The notes below the pieces were generated by a model. The model saw nothing but the letters and a program-made list of their open reading frames with translations, was not told the DNA's origin and made no database searches. A DNA stretch of 63,286 nt, filler included, from Diploschistes diacapsis (Eukaryota): assembly GCA_023645945.1 (NCBI GenBank). It is 12 parts of 12 records of this genome, joined end to end, with 100 filler letters (N's around TTAATTAATTAA, not from the genome) between each part and the next. Parts side by side here need not be neighbours in the genome. Positions count along the whole stretch, not along the records: positions 36,256 to 39,564 come from JALAIB010001957.1; positions 39,665 to 42,967 come from JALAIB010001958.1; positions 43,068 to 46,366 come from JALAIB010001959.1; positions 46,467 to 49,765 come from JALAIB010001960.1; positions 49,866 to 53,157 come from JALAIB010001962.1; 7 more parts are not named here. One strand, written 5' to 3'. Positions 36,256-50,515 of the stretch are shown here, in pieces (position 1 is the first letter of the stretch; every line of letters starts with the position of its first letter). Both the position numbers and the translations under genes were made by a program.

Positions 36256-37968
36256 TTGAATTACTACCGTAAGCCGAATATTATCTTAACAATAAATACA
36301 GAAAAATCAAGAAAATTTAAAATAAATCATCACTTAATAACGAAACACTAAAGAATATTAAGAGATTTAAGTTCTTAAGGAAGAATCCTCAGTTAAAAAA
36401 GAGAAATAAGGTCTATTTATATATAATTAATTTCAGAACACGTAAACCTTTTAAGAAATTAGATCACGTCAAAATCGAACTTTTCCTTATCGATAAATAA
36501 CTCGTCATACCGGACGAAACCGAACGAGTCAATTATCGACTCAAACTACCAAAAGACGCGAAAATCTACCTAATATTTCACTTCAGATATCTCGAATCAG
36601 CACACTTAGACATAGCGTTACAAAAAATCTTCTACTTCGAACTAAATAATAAAAACGAATACGAAGTCGAAGCAATAATATACTATAAGGACGACAAATA
36701 TTTAATTAAATAGAAAGGCTACCTAAAGTCGGATATAACATAAGAACCCAAGAAAAACCTAAAACACTACAAAATAAAATTAACGGAATTTTATAATATC
36801 AACGGACCTACCATTAAAAACAATTAAAATTAAAAATAAACAATTCACGAAACATACATACATCTAATATAAAAATCTTATAAAATCGACGAAACAGAAA
36901 CTTCCTCCTACGCCATTAACAACGCATCATTTCTTAACTCCTAGTTTATTTACGACGGCGACATAGCCGTTAACAATTAAAGGTCCTACGGGCTACCCGT
37001 AAGCACTATACTATTATTCAGATCGTCAGCCGCCTTAATCTCTTTATTTAATTAATCAACAAAATACTTAACCTATTTTATAGATTTCTTTTCGGCCAGC
37101 TTTAAAGTTTTTCGCAATCTCTATATCCGGGCTTCATATTCTACCAATTAAGAAAAAAGCTTTCGTCTTTTCTCTTCTTCCAATTCTAATCTAGATTCCG
37201 CCTAAACGCGCACCTTATTTACAGCCTCTTAAGATATCGAAATACAGTTTTTTCGCCCGAAACGAGCATGTCTTTCGTAACGAGAAGAAATGGACGGCAT
37301 AATAATATAATGATAAAAAATAGAACAATAAAAACAAAAAAAGTCAGCGATTTTACCTGCTCGAAAGATTCGATCAACAAATTTATAATTACGATAAGTT
37401 AAAGAAGACATCGTTATCCTACGACTTAGGATTCTCTTTTATTTAATACTTATACTTACTTTTCGGCGCTTATCGGGCCGATAAGGCTGAAAGAAAGAGA
37501 TAATATTACGATCCAGATTATCGAGTAATTATCTAATACGTTATAACTAATCGGACACTTCTCAGTCATTCCTTATATATAACCAATCACGAACATTATG
37601 TCACGTGACTAATAAATATTTAATAACAGATATTTATTAAAAATAAATCTACCTGAATAATTATTTATTAATAATAGTTTTATCGTAACAGCTCGATTAT
37701 CGACAACCAACTATCGCTTTAAATTATTTAAGAACACCGCTATAATTCCTTTAAGTCGAAACGTGTTTATTTTCATAAACATCTTTAACGATTATTCGAG
37801 ATCAATCTATATTCGTTACCTTTTATTACTAGATAGCAATCTTTTTAAAAATCAGTACAAACTAATAACCGATCTATTTCTTCTCCTTTTATACTCCTCT
37901 TCTACCAGAGACCAAACCCACCTTAATCAATATCTCGTGTCTACGTTGTAGAGATAGAGATCATAACA
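36256..37968 (+). mobile_element. RIPed Gypsy chromovirus 3' end: integrase C-terminus, chromodomain, antisense ORF, PPT, LTR (37504-37968)
   Basis: KKLDHVKI..F.I, NYRLKLPKDAKIY.IFH, EYEVEAII...YLIK*KG...IT*EP. LTR termini TATTACG...CATAACA. Confidence 0.9.
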
Positions 37969-39564
37969 GGATCGTCCTCATTAATTAGTATTGTTGGGTC
38001 AGGTATCTTTATTAACCGCTTATTTTTAGGTTCTATTATCGTAAAAAAAGTTTTTGTTTTATAAACTTCCGTAAACTCGGCTTTCTTTAATATCATTTAT
38101 TTAAATATTTATTCCGCGATAACCGTCTCGGTGTATCCGCTAATATTTATTTATTTAAGTATTTCTTGCTTCGTGTTATTATCTTGATTTGATAGGTCGA
38201 TTAACGATCCTTATACGTCGGGAATCGTTATCTTAATTCAATCGTTCGGTTGTTCAGTTCAGGTTTATCCTTTAAATTTTATTAATGAAGATTCTCCTTA
38301 AGATTCTTCCGATTAATGTTAGTTTTGATTTTAGTTTCTGCGAACTACTTTTCGTAACTCTGGTTATTTTAATTTAAGTAAATACCGCGTCGTCGTATTT
38401 CTTAATTTAATTTAGGTCAGGTTTAATTTTAGTTTATAGAAATCTTTTCTTAAGGTCCTTCCGTTCATGAAACGCCAGCGCGGGAAAGGATGCTACACTT
38501 CCGGGGGCTGGGCCTGATCCGGAAGGATTACGTGTAACTGGCATCTGTAGGGTAAAGGTCTCGATTCGAAAAGCTAGAGAAGAAACTATTTAAATAAAAA
38601 GAGGGCACAAATAAATAATATACATGCCAGCTTTATTAGGGTTCGGACACTACCTACCTACATAACCATCTTTTAACATCCTTAGCGCAGCTGGCAGCGG
38701 TTATCCCCGATAAGACCCGTTATGTGACCCTACCGTTATAGCTTAATAGGCACCTAGGCTGATCTATCTTATTACCCCCCTTTCTAAATGCTTATATCTC
38801 TTATAAACGCTATACTCTTGTTAATTAATCTATACCTCGATCTTTTTCTTTTTACTACATTTATTCGAAAAGATATCCTTTATTCTTTTTTAATCAATAT
38901 TCCCGTATCCTTAAATCCTTTTTAACGTCGGTTTTAACCAAATACGCTCCTAAAGTCTATAAAAAAGCGCGGTCGTCGTGATTATCAATATCGGCTTATT
39001 TTAACATTTCGCTCCCGTCTATTATCTTTGTTAACGTCGGCTGCCTGTCCCCAAATATTGTTAACTAGGGGGGTTTCAATTTTTCGGGATTTAATTGATA
39101 AACTTTCGTAAAATATCGAAAGTGTTTCCGAAATTAATAGCGGGATATTAATTATCGTCTGTTAATTATTCTATTTAATTTATTTTATATTAAACGTTCA
39201 GTCTTCGTTCGGAATATTTTTTAACGTCGAAAATCTTTTTAAATTTTTATTCTTTTCCGACTTCTATTTTTATCGGGAATGATCCAGAATACGCCTGTTT
39301 TTCTAAAAGATCCTACGGGTCTTTCAAAAAATAAAGACGAGTAAAAGGGTTTAAACTATTTTATTGACGTTAATAAATCTAATTTATAATCGATATCGTT
39401 TATCTTTCGTAAGATATTATAAAGATCGTTTTATTTATTATTTAACTTTTTATAGGCCCGAGTGATTTTAATATTATATATATTTAATTAAATCGAGTCG
39501 TCGGAATTAATTTTTTAAAAAAATATTGATATTTATCCGCGTATCGTTTTTATCGTTATTATAT
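37969..39564 (-). mobile_element. Second RIPed Gypsy family: chromodomain, PPT, LTR-like segment, then gag N-terminus
   Basis: Minus strand reads E*KFKKIFDVK...YKIN*IE*..DDN*YPA.NF (chromodomain), PPT AGAAAGGGGGG (38785-38775), and gag-like KIPDPTILINEDDP near 38009-37969. Confidence 0.7.
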
Positions 39565-39760
39565 NNNNNNNNNNNNNNNNNNNNNNNNNNNNNNNNNNNN
39601 NNNNNNNNTTAATTAATTAANNNNNNNNNNNNNNNNNNNNNNNNNNNNNNNNNNNNNNNNNNNNTTATTATCCTAAATACTCGAAATGGTGCGAATCTAA
39701 CCATCGATAGCGATCGCCCGATCGTGCTATTTAATACATTCATTTTTAAGGATATTTAAG

Positions 39761-40231
39761 TGTTATAATCTTTATCTTTATAAAATAAATATAAGATATT
39801 AATTAAAATAAATTTAGTCTCGTATAAAAGAAAAGTATAAATAGGAAAAGAAGGTAGAATAATTATAGATCTTAAATTATCTTTAAAAAAAAGGTTTTCT
39901 AAAAATAGAAATAACGAATATAAATTGATCCCGAGTAATAACTAAGGATATCTATGAAAGTAAACACGCCCCGGATTTATAAAGGCCGTAGCGACGTTCT
40001 TATATAATCTAGAACGATAATTAATTACCGATAGCAGAGCTGTCGTGATAGAGTTGTTATTGATAGATATCTGTTCCGATAGATCTGTCCTCGATAGATA
40101 TCTGTTTAACGGAAGTTTGTCAGTCACGTGATTTCTGGTCCGTAGTTAGTCTATATATAAAGAATAGTTGGGAAATGCCCGACTAGCTGTTGCGTGCCAA
40201 GTACTGCCGACTAGTACCTTGGATCGTAACA
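39761..40231 (-). repeat. Third copy of the Gypsy LTR
   Basis: Reverse complement runs TGTTACGATCC...ATAACA and is co-linear with 1845-2298 and 37504-37968. Confidence 0.85.
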
Positions 40232-41242
40232 CGCTCCTTCTCCATACAAACACTGTAGGGCTGACAATTATTTTGTGTATATGTTAATTAGGCCCTAAGG
40301 TTCTTTTAAGTCATTTAATCGTGCACACAAGCTTATATCACGCAATAACATCTTTTATTATGTAGCTATGCGCCTTATATTTTATCCTTCTTTTTCTTTC
40401 TCTTGCCTGCTCTTTTTTATTACTTTACTTACTTCTTCCCCTCTTTCTGCTACTTTATACTACTCTTTTTATAAATTTCGTCGCCTCCGCTTTCCCCGCC
40501 GTTATCTTTCCCGCCGTCCTTACCGCCATTATCGCCGCCACCCTTTTCTCTATTTCAATCCGAACAGTTTCTCGTTTCCGTCGCTTACTTCTCGTGATAA
40601 AACTCGTCTTCTACGGCTGTGACGCGTTCTTTCTACTCGATTATCGTACGCGCCTCGTCGCCAACGCTAATTCTATAAACGATAGCGCTGCGTCGTCACC
40701 GTTAAAAGAAAAGAAATACCCTAAATAAGTAACTACTCAAAAAGAAGAGGGGGTAAAAAAAAAGGGGGGGAGGAAGCTAAAAAAAGAAAAAAAGAAAACC
40801 CGTGTTAAAAAGGGGTTTGAAAGGCGAGGAATTTTACCGCGACGATATAAAAACCTCCAAAAGCGACGACGGAAATAAAAAAACCCCTAAAAATGGGAAG
40901 GCAGCTAAAAGGATATAAAAGCTAAATATAAAGAATTATAACTATTTCTTAAGGGCCGTGTTAGGGCACAGAGGGCTTCAGACCCTAATATAATCAACGT
41001 TAATCCTTTACGGCTTTTCTACATAAAGATAAAGACAATTACTAGCGGGACCTTTGTGAATCGTGGGTTCCACTAGTCCTAAAGCGGCTAACTACTTCCG
41101 GGCAGCAATTGGCACCAGATCTTCAACTTCGACAAGGGTGCGGGGTAGTGAGGTATACGAGGTAGTTAACACTGTGGTTTCATGCTGTGTAAAGGACTTA
41201 TTGGTTTTTGCTTTGACCTTTTTTCACTTCATTTTCTGCTAG

Positions 41243-42967
<1,725 letters not shown>

Positions 42968-43067
42968 NNNNNNNNNNNNNNNNNNNNNNNNNNNNNNNNN
43001 NNNNNNNNNNNTTAATTAATTAANNNNNNNNNNNNNNNNNNNNNNNNNNNNNNNNNNNNNNNNNNNN

Positions 43068-44345
43068 GTATTAAATATTTAGAAAAGATAGCCGACCGGC
43101 GCGATCCTCGGATAACTTAAATAATTATAAATATTTTATTTTAATATTAAAGGTGGATTTTCCGGACTACGAGGAGATTTTATAATATTTTAAGGGTGAC
43201 ATTATTTCGATAGGTTTACTTAACGCAACCGGATTGAGCCTGCAGATCAAGTGGGATTAGAATAGAGATAGTAATATTATAATAGGTAATATTTTCGACT
43301 AACTTTTTAACGGACGAGCTAACGAATCTGATATATTAGATAAATTAGATTTTATAATCATGATCGAGGTTGAATTCGTTATATATAAATAACATCTTCG
43401 TGAGCGTGACGGATAGCTTAACTTGGGCTAAAATCGGATCATGTTTCATTTTAAGATACAATAAGTAATGAAATAGTGCCCTATATATTACTTATTGTAC
43501 GTGGCTTTACGTCCAGATCACAATAAATAACTGATTTTTTATCCGTATTACTGTAAGGATTAAGAGCTTAGGGATCAGACGTATTTCCGATATATAAACT
43601 ACAACATCCGACGGCTGGTAAAGGAAAGATATAGAATTAATATTATTTAAGAATCTGTTTCTATTGATTATGAATAGGAAGACGATTACACGTAACTTTT
43701 GTTAAGAATATATTATAAAATTCGGAATTAATAATAAAAATTATAACGTAAGTAAAGGACGGAAGAGATCGTGTTGAAAGACGGCCCAGTCCATACGGTT
43801 AATAATAAGATATAGACTATTTAGGATAAAAAAGATATCAAAATAAAGTTCATACCTTAACCTTATGGTAGAGACGACGTCAGGATCTTTAGACCAGAGT
43901 TACCTTATAAGGCACAAAAGTCTAAACGCGTAAAAAAGATTATTTTATCTTGATATATCGGAATCTAATAAGATCATTCTTAGTTTGATATTGCTATTTC
44001 TGATATATGAAAACAGCTTTCGGCCGTATATAAAGATTTAACCCTCGGATTCTTCTCGCCTTCCGGTTTATATAATATATATAAAGAGATTCCTTACGTT
44101 TTCGCTAGAGCGACGTAGATTACTAAATTAAGAATAATTTCGGATACGTTGGTGGAACGACGTCGCTAGACTGATCCAACGGTAATAAAAGAATAGGTAT
44201 AGATTTTCAATTTAGAAATAAGGGACGCTTATTTTAAGAAATAAGTGGCCAAGGTTTCTAAGGGTTTTAAAAAATATTATCTAGCGATACGCCAAAAAAA
44301 ATATTCCGCTTTTAATATTTAAAAAAAAAGTTTTTTCGCTATTTT
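43068..44345 (+). pseudogene. RIP-destroyed 2OG-Fe(II) dioxygenase-like (PhyH-like DSBH) gene
   Basis: One frame with many stops and no frameshift: LYVALRPD, YPYY, YFRYIN (de-RIP FRHxD), II*ESVSID (IQGSVSID), DVRI.RPELPYK (PHG), SDTLVERRR*TDP. Confidence 0.65.
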
Positions 44346-45448
44346 ATCGCAGACGTAATCCGACTTTTAGAAAACTTTAAAACGAGTATCCCTTCCGAAC
44401 GAGAATTTAGACCTAGATAAAGAAAAGGACGAAAAGGAAGATCAAGTAGATAACCTTAACCTAAGTATAGAAGAAATAGAATTTAAAAAGGATAAAGAAG
44501 AAAAAAGCGGAAAAGATTTTATAAAGGAATAAGTACGGAATAAAATTAAGGATTAAATATTAAAAATAAGTCTATAAATATCTAAACTACAAATAAAAAA
44601 GGAGGAACATAAGGAAAGTTTAAAAAAAGATAGAGCCGTTTTGATTAAAGGTTACATAACTAGGAATCGGAGTGAATATTATAATGCCTTAAAGACCTAT
44701 AATAGTGAATTATTTTTTACTTACGCGGTTATTTGTTTTATTTATTAATTTCATAGTATTCTTACTTTTCCGCTTAATTTTTTTATTTATTTTTTTATGT
44801 GATTTATTTGCTTGCCTACCTTTCTATATGTTTATCTATAATTAAATTCTTGCTGATCGTAACGAGAGGAAGGAAAATGAAAAAAGAGGAAGAAAGCTGT
44901 AAGATATGTTACTAATTGTACCTATCGAGCGAAATATTTATGGATAATATAAATACGATCGGAGATAAAGATATCTTTAGATAAGCACCGTTTTTCTGTC
45001 TAGCTGTATTTAGAAAATAAAATATAAAAAGATAGGTCCAAAAACACGCTTACGTCGAAAAAGGAGTATTAAAGATAATAAATTTCTAGATATTTTAATT
45101 ACCGGAAAAGTATAGGATTACATTAGGATACAAAGATAAAAAGATAGAGATTTCCTATTAATAAAACTTATATAGAATTCGTTATAGGACAGCGAATTAT
45201 TAAAAAGGGGGTCGTATATAAACATAAAAATAAGCGGTAGACTTAATAAAGGTAATCCCTACAGGGCAGCTCCATTTAAGGAGGCCTGCTAGGTAACTCT
45301 AGACAATCAAGGCATCCTACACCTCACAAATGTCCTACCTAGGTATACTGTTGACTACGAGATCACACTACATTCCCCTACTACACCACCTGCGACTATC
45401 TACCTACTACAGCAAGGGAAGTCTCCCTAGACAGCGCGCCTTGTGTTT

Positions 45449-46366
45449 ATAATAGAACCGACAATACCATACACGTCAAATTAAAATAATATTATCGAAA
45501 GATCCATATAAATTACCGAGATGAACATCCGTGTCATATTTAAAAGAACGAAATAAGGATACGCTTTCTAAAACGAAATAATATTGGCCTAATACCATAT
45601 CCGAAATAAAACAATAATAAAATTTAAATTAAACGATTCAATCGCGACGTTTATCGAATATTAACTAGGCGAAAAGCCGTTAATAAATAATATCCGTATC
45701 TAAAGATTAAAATATTATAATTACGTGAATTCTAAGTTATTATCTAAACGATAAAATAAGTTAATAAATAAAGTAAAATTAAGTATAATGATCGGATATA
45801 TTAATATCGATAAATAATATAAGATTTAAGTATTCGATATTTAAAAGATTATTAGGATCAGTTTAGTTAAATTTAATGAAGATAAGACGTTTATTTTTTA
45901 AGAGCTAAGATTATCTGAAAGTTACAGAAAGGGTAATAACGTGATACCCGTCCGAAAGTTACCGGGACGTCTAATTAACGATCTAGTATTTAGTATTAGA
46001 GGTGTTAACGACGGGTCAATTATTTACGTTAACGACGGGTTAACTATCCACGTTAACGACGAATTAATTACGTACGTCAAAGACGCATCAGCGATAAAGG
46101 CAAAAGTTCAGCTAAATTATACTAAATTTTTATTATTTGTTTTTATCGAGGATTACAGCATCCTAAAGGTTTTTATTTTTATTCCATATGATCAACCCGA
46201 GTTAAATAATGATGACCGACGGTTAATAAGGAGGTTCTTGCGGGTTCAGATTTTAAAGAAAAGAATTGAACCTAAATTTGAATTTGAATTTATTGAATCG
46301 AATGTATTAAAGCTTACTGCGTTAATAACGGGCGTTATATACGTTATTAATAATTTAATTACGTAT
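45449..46366 (+). mobile_element. RIPed Copia integrase C-terminus / SH3 fragment
   Basis: EPTIPYTSN*NNIIERS (cf. PYTPxQNGxAER) and MIGY...YKI*...VKFNE. Confidence 0.75.
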
Positions 46367-46599
46367 NNNNNNNNNNNNNNNNNNNNNNNNNNNNNNNNNN
46401 NNNNNNNNNNTTAATTAATTAANNNNNNNNNNNNNNNNNNNNNNNNNNNNNNNNNNNNNNNNNNNNTGAATCCACCGAAACACCGCGGTGAAAAAATAAA
46501 AGCGTGAAAAATAGGCGTGATAATTCCAGAATTATTAAAAAATAAATATTATTTAAAAGTGTTTCGGTGAATGCACGGACACGGTAATAAATTCATTAA

Positions 46600-46810
46600 C
46601 ACGGATACTACGATTAAAAATTTTAAAACACGGATACTTCTACGGACATTACATTATAATAAAAGCACGGACACGGACATTACGGCTAAAAATTTTAAAA
46701 CACGGACACTTCCACGGACACTGCACTACAGTAAAAGCACGGACACGGACACTACGGCTGAAAATTTTAAAGCACGGACACTGCCACGGCCGTGTCCGTG
46801 ACGGCCAGCC
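46600..46810 (+). repeat. 72-bp tandem repeat (~3 units) built from CACGGA submotifs
   Basis: Equivalent positions at 46600/46672/46744 and 46666/46738. Units differ mainly by C>T and G>A changes. Confidence 0.85.
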
Positions 46811-46899
46811 GATTATGTTCCTTTTCGTTCTTTTTCCATTTCCGCGTCTAGTCGTGGTGGTAAATGATTATAAAAGTTATTTAAAGCTCGTAGAAACTG

Positions 46900-47838
46900 G
46901 CCTATTAAGGTTTCTTTATCTTCTTTTTTCCGCGTTAATAATTAGGAGAACGTTTTTTTTCGTTAATATTTTTAAATTATCGTTGCGTTTAGACGGCGCC
47001 GATCTAAATACGTCTGTTTATAAAATAACGCGGCGTTAATAATATTCTTATAAGATAAATATTTATCTTTAATAATATTGAGCTTTTTACGGAGCCCGAC
47101 GTCGTTAACGTCGCGTAAAATACGCGAGATATCCTTAAACTCGTAATTTAACGTAATTTATTAAATAATAAACGTACGAAAGATACTCGATCTTTTAAAA
47201 CAATCGCTTATATTAAAAGACTCGGCGTAATAATCGACGAACGAGATTATTCGTTTTATTATTACGTCGTTTACGTTTCTACGAATCGCGATAGTTATAT
47301 TATAAATTACGCGATCTCGCGTTATCTTTTTTTTCTTTATATCGATATTACGCGTAACAGGTTTCGATTCGGTATCGTCGTTGCGTTAATAACGATAACG
47401 ATATTACGTAATATTTCTAAACGTTCTATTAAACGTTTAGAAGTTGTTCACGTATGGCTAAAACGCGTTAAAATCCGCCACGGTTATTCGCAGGGTGTCC
47501 GCGACGGTAAAGAAACGCGTCTTTTACGCCGGGAGGTCCGTAGGGAAGCTGTAAAACCTTCCCGTAGCAGGCAGCGGCGGTAAAGGGGAGCGAGGGCGAA
47601 CGGGCGCGGCGGGCGCGGCGAGCGCGGCGAGGGTAGGCGAGGTAGGGGCGGTGGGAGGAGCGGAGGGAGGAGCGGAGGAGGGAACGACATTTCCACGGCC
47701 TAGGGCAGCGGCGAGGGTGTCGTAGAGCATGCGGTCTTTAAAACCTAGCTCGTCGTCGTTATCGACATCGGCGACCACGTTAAACGTGGCCGCATCGGCG
47801 GCAGAAAACGCAGGGCGAGTAGGTAAGAAAACATCCAT
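46900..47838 (-). pseudogene. RIPed Mutator/MULE-like transposase N-terminal region
   Basis: Continuing ORF 47524-47838 through its stops gives F*PYVNNF*...YRYRY*R...IIKR...SDCFKRSSIFR...NYE...L..IKDKYL, resembling the N-terminal DNA-binding region of fungal MULEs. Confidence 0.55.
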
Positions 47839-48706
47839 TATATTTAAAAAATAATTAGAAAGATAAGATCAAAAACAATAAAAAAAGTATATAAATCGCG
47901 TAAAAAGTAAATAAATGTGGCTGAAAAAAGGGATAACTCCACAGGTACTTGTGGTTACAGACAAATTTGGGTGATTGAGAAAGTATCTGTAGAACCATGG
48001 TACTCATCTTGTAATTTATGTGTATAGTAGGCAGAATAGCACTTGCCTTTACCGAGAGACTTAGCGTACTAATAGTTTTCCCCATGAATTACATATTCAG
48101 AGAACGTAGAAGGAAACAAACAAAAAAAGAAAAGCCTCATGATAGTAGAAATCTGATCCATTTGCCCCTGAAATCATAACTTCCCAATTAGGCAAGCATG
48201 CCGCCTCCTCCGCCTGAGTCTTCCTCTTACGACGTAGCCCCCGTCATTGACAGAGGGAGGGGCAACAACGAAGGTAAGAAGGCGCGAAGAAACAGCACGA
48301 GGACGAGGCAGACACGAAAAAACAGAGCCTCAAGAGCGAACAAACAGCATATAATGTCTTAAGATGATCGTGTGGGCTTCAAAATGCTCGATGAAGACCT
48401 TGATTATGAAGAAGATTTGTGAGGTGGAAACTTTTGTCTTAGTGAATGAATGAATCATGTATTTAAAGCTACTTACCGCTAAAGAACCAACGTATTAGCA
48501 CTATACGTTGGAGGATGGGGCGCACCAATATGTTCCGGAAGCATCTTGACCAAATCTTCGTCGCATTGCTGATGTAAGAAGTTAACCTCATTTTCTTGAC
48601 ACGTGGAGCCAAGGCATCTTCAACCAGAAAAACCACCACAGAAGGTTCATATCCATCCATCGTTTTTTATCACCCTACATCCACCCCCGTCTCCAACAAC
48701 CCCCTC

Positions 48707-49765
48707 ATGCCGCCTCTCCGCCCTCTCCAGCCCATCACCCTCCCACTCTCATTCCCAACCCGAACCCTGCCCCATCGCCCCCTCTCTACCCCTTCCACTT
48801 TCAAGTCCAGCAGCACCATGCCCCCCCTCTCCGCCCTCCTGCCCCCTTCGTCCTGGGACTCCCACATCCACATCACCGACCCAACCGCCTTCCCCTTCCC
48901 CTCCTCGGCGTCCACGACATCAGGCTACACCCCGCACGCCGCCTCCCTCTCCTCCGCCCTCTCCAACGCCTCCCTCCTCTCGCTCCCCAACCTCGTGCTC
49001 GTGCAGCCGTCCACGTACGGCTTCGACAACAGCTGTCTCCTGCACTACCTGGACCTCATCAACTCCCGGACCAACTCCCACCCCGACGCCAGCGCCAACG
49101 AAAGCGACAACACGGCCAGGAACAACGCCGCCAGCACCAACGGCGCGGCCGCAAACAACCGCGCCCGCGGCGTCATCGTGTTGGATCTGGGCAGTGCGGG
49201 CCCGAGCGACGCGCAGCTGCGGCGCTACCACGCGCGCGGCGTGCGCGGCGTGCGCATCAACCTGAAGAGCGTCGGGCGGCGCATGGAGCCGCGGGAGCTC
49301 CGCGCGCTGCTGGGTCGGTACGCGGACCGGCTGCGGCGCGCGGGCGGCGGCGCCGAGGGCTGGGCGCTGCAGCTGTACGTGGACATGCGCGACCTGCACG
49401 CGCTCGAGGAGTTTGTCGACGAGCATATCAGTCCCTACTACGTCCGCTCCTCCCCGCAGGCTGCGGAGGGCAGTGGGGGCTTGAAGCTGGTCGTCGACCA
49501 CATGGGCTCTCCGGACCGCATTGCGCGGAACTTGGGCGATATGCCCGGCTGGGAGGCGCTGCGGCGGTTGATGACGAGGGAGGGTGTGTTCGTGAAGATT
49601 TCGGCGCCGTATAGGATTGCGAGTGAGGCGGGAGGAGGGATGGCGAGGACGGAGGAGTTGGAAGGCTTGGTGAAGGGGCTTTTGGACGCGAGGGGCGGGA
49701 GGGGGTGTGTTTTTGCGAGCGATTGGCCGCATACGAGGTTCGAGGGGATTGGCGATGTTGCGGGG
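48707..49765 (+). CDS. Amidohydrolase_2 family (LigI-like TIM-barrel) hydrolase, 3'-truncated
   Basis: WDSHIH, VQPSTYGFDN, GVRGVRIN, VVDHMG, VKISAPYR, FASDWPHT. ATG at 48707 or 48818. Confidence 0.9.
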
Positions 49766-50515
49766 NNNNNNNNNNNNNNNNNNNNNNNNNNNNNNNNNNN
49801 NNNNNNNNNTTAATTAATTAANNNNNNNNNNNNNNNNNNNNNNNNNNNNNNNNNNNNNNNNNNNNTCCGCATTATTCGGCCTATAATCCAACCTGATAGT
49901 GGATCTAATTATCCAACATTTATTAAATCCACGGTCCGAATGTTATTGAAATATTAATGACGTCAATATCGATGATATATTTTCGATACTGAATACCGAC
50001 CGTAGCACCGAAAATAATTAATAATTTAGGACTATAAGGCCAGAATATTAAGTTTAGAATAAAAGATCTTCGGGATAAAAATAATGGATATTAAGCCTAC
50101 AACCTTTCAATAAAAAGGTTATTTAATCGTCTTTATCATTCAACCATCCCGCCATGACTATAGGTTATAAATAAGATTATATAGTATATTGGATTAAGAA
50201 GACCCCAATGGCCGCGTACCGAAACAATATGACTTAAAATATAAATGCTGTGTCTCAACAAACCTGTTGCTTTTACTAATAGACTAGCTAGGCTCTCAGG
50301 ATTTTCGACGATGTCGAGTAAAATGCCAATTTCAAATGATCGTGTAATCTTTCCTTGAGTGAAGATCTACTAGATAACTTGGTAAACCTATCTTAACCCA
50401 CAGCGCCAAAACTGTGTTGATGGCTCTTAGTACCAAGCCACCTGGATAGGCCCGTGGTCGTTATCTTCGTTGCGCAAATTGTTTGGCCCGTATCAACAGC
50501 TTTTTGTTGGGGTGT

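Noticed and set aside
39761..40231. Solo LTR formed by LTR-LTR recombination
   Set aside because: The flanks (TTAAG and CGCTC) do not form a target-site duplication; it may instead be the 5' LTR of a truncated element.
46600..46810. CRISPR-like array
   Set aside because: Contiguous tandem units with no unique spacers, eukaryotic context and no cas genes.
48707..49765. Amidohydrolase as the PKS release enzyme
   Set aside because: Unlinked contig, and a common LigI-like family.
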